DNA from: Promethearchaeota archaeon
GTDB lineage: Archaea > Asgardarchaeota > Lokiarchaeia > Sigyniarchaeales > SOKP01
NCBI GenBank assembly: GCA_048940445.1
Contig: JBHLON010000013.1
Span: forward strand, 1-64,000
Direction of reading: 5' to 3'
Length of the DNA stretch: 64,000 bases
Shown: positions 60,179 to 64,000 of the stretch, piece after piece
Layout of the letters: each line of letters opens with the position of its first letter
Numbering within the stretch: position 1 is the first letter of the stretch
Translations under genes and position numbers: made by a program
The notes under the pieces: generated by a model
What the model was told of the DNA's origin: nothing
Seen by the model: the letters and a program-made list of their open reading frames with translations, nothing else
Databases searched by the model: none

Positions 60179-63043
60179 ATGAATAACAATTCTATTATTA
60201 TAAAAGGAGCAAGACAGAATAACCTTAAAAATATTGACGTCACTATACCTCGTAATAAACTAGTTATAATTACGGGTATTAGCGGTAGTGGTAAATCCAG
60301 CTTAGCTATGGATACTTTATATGCGGAGGGCCAAAGAAGATTTCTAGAATCATTATCAAGTTATGCTCGCCAGTTCTTAGGTGAAATGGATAAACCGGAT
60401 GTTGATTCTATAGAGGGATTATCACCAGCTATAGCTATTGAGCAAAAAGCTTTATCTAAAAATCCAAGGAGTACTGTAGGGACGGTAACTGAAATTTATG
60501 ATTATTATCGGCTATTATTTGCAAATGTTGGAATTCCGCATTGTCCTAATTGTGGGAAAGAAATCAAACCTCAAACACCTCAACAAATTATTGAGCAAGT
60601 TCTGGAAACAATTCCTGTAAATGAAAAGTTTATAATAAAGGCTCCAGTTATTCGAGATAGGAAAGGAGAGTATAAAGATTTACTGCAAAATCTTAAAAAA
60701 CAAGGTTATCTTAGAGTAGAAGTTGATAATATCCAATATACTCTAGATGAAGATATATCAATGGATAAAAATGTTAAACATAACATCAAGGTCATCGTCG
60801 ATAGATTAGTAATGAGAAAAGATATTAGGGCGAGACTTGCAGATTCGATTGAGACAGCTTTAAGTTTAACTGAAGGAATTGTAGCAATAGAAGTAGTTGG
60901 AAAAGAAGAGCATGTATATTCAGAACATCTCGCATGTACTGATTGTGGTATTTCTATTCCCCAATTAGATCACAAAATGTTTTCGTTTAATATCCCTCAT
61001 GGTAGCTGTAAATATTGTAGCGGATTAGGAACCGTAATGGAATTAGATTATGGATTAATATTAGGAAATGATTTAAATATTCCACTTCAAGAAACTCCTA
61101 TAAGAGATATTCCTGGATTTGGATCATTAACCAGTTATTCTTGGCAATTACTAAAACAAGTTGCAAAGTATTATGGATTTGATACCAACAAAACTAAGAT
61201 TAAAAATATAGATCCTGAAAAATTAAGTAAAATTTTGTACGGTACTGGTGATGAGACTATTGAATTTCATTTTAAAAGTGAAAATAATGGGTATAATAAT
61301 AATGATATAAAAACCTCTTCTTGGCACGTGGTTAGATCCTTTGAAGGAATTATTCCTTGGCTTCAGAGAAGGTATATGGAAACTAATTCAGAATGGGCAA
61401 GAGAAATATATGAAAGTTTTATGAATAAAGTGAATTGCCCCCAGTGTAAAGGACAAAGACTAAAACCAGAGAGCTTAGCAGTAACTATTAATGATCTAAA
61501 TATAGCAGAACTATCAAGTCTCTCAGTTATTGATTCAATTACCTTTTTTAATGATCTAGAACTTACTGAAGTTCAAAAAGCAATAGTAAAGGAAGTCTTG
61601 AAAGAAATTTCAGCTAGGCTTTCATTTTTAGATAATGTTGGATTGGATTACATTACCTTAAGTAGAAGATCAGATACGCTTTCGGTAGGAGAAGCCGAAA
61701 GAATTCGATTAGCTACGCAACTTGGTTCGAGTTTAGTTGGAGTATTATATGTTTTAGATGAACCAAGCGTAGGACTTCATCAGAGAGATATCAATCGGTT
61801 AGTTAAAATGTTAGAAAAATTAAGAGACTTAGGAAATACGGTGATTGTAGTAGAACATGATGAGGCAATTATGCAAAGTTCAGATCACATAATAGATTTA
61901 GGCCCATTAGCGGGTGAAAAAGGAGGAGAAGTAGTAGCTGAAGGACCCATTGAAACAATCATAAAGTCAGATACTCTGACAGGAGAATACCTTTCAGGGA
62001 AAAAGAAAATTTTATTACCGAAAAAAAGAAGACTCTTAACTAATGAATATATTGAGATTGTAGGTGCTAGAGAAAACAATCTTAAGAATATAAATATTAA
62101 AATCCCTTTAGGTGTGTTTACATGCATTACTGGTGTGTCTGGGGCAGGTAAAACTAGTTTAGTTATTGATTGTTTGTATAAAGGACTCCACAATCTAATT
62201 AATACACGTAGTTCAAAAATAAGCACTGGAGATTTTGATGAAATAAAAGGGTTCGAAAAAATTGATAAAATAATAAATATTGATCAATCTCCAATTGGTA
62301 GAACACCTCGTTCCGTACCTGCAACATACACTAAAGCATTAGATTATATAAGGGACATTTTCGCAGGACTTCCAGAATCGAGAGAAAGAGGATATAAAAA
62401 AGGAAGATTTAGTTTTAATACCACAAAAGGTCATTGTAAAAAATGTAAGGGCACTGGTTATATTTTGAAGGAGATGTACTTTTTACCCGATGTATTTATA
62501 AGATGCGATTTATGTAAAGGGAAACGATATAATGCTGAGACTTTAGAAATTAAATATCGTGAAAAAACAATCTCTGATGTCTTAGAAATGACATTTACTC
62601 AAGCTTTAGAGTTTTTTGATAGTTTTCCTAAACTAAAGAGAACTTTAAAAACAGTAGTAGATGTGGGATTGGGATATTTAGAACTAGGACAATCATCTAC
62701 TACCTTAAGTGGTGGAGAATCTCAGCGAATTAAAATTGCTCGAGAGTTAAGAAAAACAAGTACAGGAAATACTCTTTACATTTTAGATGAGCCTACTGTA
62801 GGCTTGCACATGTATGATATTCAATTTCTGTTAAATGTGCTCCAAAAATTAGTGGATAAAGGCAATACAGTTATAGTGATTGAACATAATATGGATATCA
62901 TAAAATCGGCAGACTATATCATTGATCTTGGGCCCGAAGGAGGAGAGAAAGGGGGAAATATCGTTATTCAGGCCATACCAGAAGATATGGTTTCTGATAC
63001 GAAATCTTATACCGCAAAATATCTTAAAAAATATTTAAAATAA
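60179..63043 (+). CDS. uvrA: Excinuclease ABC subunit A
   Basis: Two ABC ATPase modules (GISGSGKSS, GVSGAGKTS), zinc fingers and LYAEGQRR motif. Confidence 0.98.
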   Translation: MNNNSIIIKGARQNNLKNIDVTIPRNKLVIITGISGSGKSSLAMDTLYAEGQRRFLESLSSYARQFLGEMDKPDVDSIEGLSPAIAIEQKALSKNPRSTVGTVTEIYDYYRLLFANVGIPHCPNCGKEIKPQTPQQIIEQVLETIPVNEKFIIKAPVIRDRKGEYKDLLQNLKKQGYLRVEVDNIQYTLDEDISMDKNVKHNIKVIVDRLVMRKDIRARLADSIETALSLTEGIVAIEVVGKEEHVYSEHLACTDCGISIPQLDHKMFSFNIPHGSCKYCSGLGTVMELDYGLILGNDLNIPLQETPIRDIPGFGSLTSYSWQLLKQVAKYYGFDTNKTKIKNIDPEKLSKILYGTGDETIEFHFKSENNGYNNNDIKTSSWHVVRSFEGIIPWLQRRYMETNSEWAREIYESFMNKVNCPQCKGQRLKPESLAVTINDLNIAELSSLSVIDSITFFNDLELTEVQKAIVKEVLKEISARLSFLDNVGLDYITLSRRSDTLSVGEAERIRLATQLGSSLVGVLYVLDEPSVGLHQRDINRLVKMLEKLRDLGNTVIVVEHDEAIMQSSDHIIDLGPLAGEKGGEVVAEGPIETIIKSDTLTGEYLSGKKKILLPKKRRLLTNEYIEIVGARENNLKNINIKIPLGVFTCITGVSGAGKTSLVIDCLYKGLHNLINTRSSKISTGDFDEIKGFEKIDKIINIDQSPIGRTPRSVPATYTKALDYIRDIFAGLPESRERGYKKGRFSFNTTKGHCKKCKGTGYILKEMYFLPDVFIRCDLCKGKRYNAETLEIKYREKTISDVLEMTFTQALEFFDSFPKLKRTLKTVVDVGLGYLELGQSSTTLSGGESQRIKIARELRKTSTGNTLYILDEPTVGLHMYDIQFLLNVLQKLVDKGNTVIVIEHNMDIIKSADYIIDLGPEGGEKGGNIVIQAIPEDMVSDTKSYTAKYLKKYLK

Positions 63044-63280
63044 AGATTGTTCTAATATTTTCTTTTGATGGCAAGATTTGGAGCCATGACACTTGAAGAG
63101 GAAGAATTACAATGTTATTTTGAATATAAAAGAAAATGTCATTTCTATTATAGATTATCAAAATCGATTTCATTACTAACGGCTCCCATACGTGGGATAG
63201 AATGAGGCGAATAATTCAAAAGCCATCATGAATTTAGTTATTCAAATTAAAATAATTACTGATAATTAGTAGAAGTACAC

Positions 63281-64000
63281 ATGGAATTGAAAGAAGATCT
63301 CCACGAAGCGAAAGAGAGAATGAAAGCATGGTGGGATCATGAAATGGTGGATCGTCCCGTCATTTCGTATTATTATCCAAAACGAAGGGGTTCTCTTGGA
63401 GGGTATTTGGATGCTATTGGTCAAGATTGGACCTTAGCTGAGAATTATGATGATATTGATAAGGCTTTAGATGACTTCGAAAAGAGAGCTGAAAAGACTT
63501 TTTATGGTGCAGAATCCATTCCTTCTTACTTCCCAAATTATGGGCCTGGTATTTTAGCAGCCGTTTTTGGCGTCGTACCACTATTTAAATCCCAAACCGT
63601 GTGGTTTGACAAGCCGACTAAACCTGATGAGATCGTTCAAGTACTTGAGAATGTAAAATTGACTCAAAATAACGAATGGTACCTTCGCCTCAAGAAAGTA
63701 ACAGAACAAGCGGCCAAGCGGGCTTCAGGAAAATATCAAGTTTCGATCACGGATATTGGAGGTGTTTTAGACGTACTTTCCTCCTTTTTACGTCCCGAAA
63801 ATATCATCTTGACAATGAAGCGGAATCCGAGGATCATAGACATGTGTCGTGAGATCATTTTAGAAAAATTGCTCATCATGCATGACGAGCTTTATTCCAT
63901 TATTAAGTCACATTGCGACGGTTTCAATGCGTGGCTTAATGTGTGGTGTGAGAAGAGTTGGTATCCAGTTCAATGTGATTTTACTGCAATGTTGAATCCA
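63281..64000 (+). CDS. URO-D/MtaA superfamily protein, runs off the window
   Basis: MELKEDL..AKERMKAWW..E..DRP, PNYGPG.LAA, TDIGG.LD.L..LR and QCDF.AML motifs. Confidence 0.7.
   Translation, partial: MELKEDLHEAKERMKAWWDHEMVDRPVISYYYPKRRGSLGGYLDAIGQDWTLAENYDDIDKALDDFEKRAEKTFYGAESIPSYFPNYGPGILAAVFGVVPLFKSQTVWFDKPTKPDEIVQVLENVKLTQNNEWYLRLKKVTEQAAKRASGKYQVSITDIGGVLDVLSSFLRPENIILTMKRNPRIIDMCREIILEKLLIMHDELYSIIKSHCDGFNAWLNVWCEKSWYPVQCDFTAMLNP

Noticed and set aside
1-64000. tRNA or rRNA genes
   Set aside because: No GC-rich cloverleaf or rRNA-like segment seen by eye; a tRNAscan-SE or Infernal run would be needed to exclude them fully.

Overview
A very AT-rich archaeal chromosomal segment. Gene content points to an Asgard archaeon of the Lokiarchaeia type: two Rab-like and one Arf-like small GTPase, an HMf-type histone, an RPA14-like subunit, an STT3-like AglB, and bacterial-type uvrBA. 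The backbone is conserved information-processing clusters: rpl21e-rpo4-DUF655-ksgA-hemK2; rpo1N-rpo1C-rpl30e-nusA-rps12-rps7; rpl44e-rps27e; tfs-rpa3 divergent from pcn-priL-priS-gins15; nop10-eIF2a; tuf; DUF99-RNaseIII-like-rpo11-csl4; METTL5, eno, rfcS, truA, aglB, uvrB, uvrA. Accessory stretches lie at about 4-24 kb, 34.8-36.4 kb, 42.7-47.4 kb and after 63 kb. I saw no rRNA, tRNA, CRISPR array or transposase. Main observations: (1) several genes have conserved or obviously coding N-termini with no in-frame ATG/GTG/TTG but an ATT/ATA at normal spacing from a Shine-Dalgarno (SD) motif, which suggests routine non-canonical initiation and reveals genes missing from the ORF track; (2) a candidate lipid-handling locus (GPH-type MFS, CWH43-like membrane EEP hydrolase, a doubly anchored repeat protein, an HTH-V4R regulator with a palindromic operator, an RHH-like protein, a YdjM-like hydrolase); (3) a wHTH + ATP-cone + catalytically dead class III ribonucleotide reductase fusion; (4) a 47-bp direct repeat bracketing a secreted-protein gene; (5) an AglB with five C-terminal Ig-like repeats. 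All family assignments come from motif recognition by eye; no searches were run.
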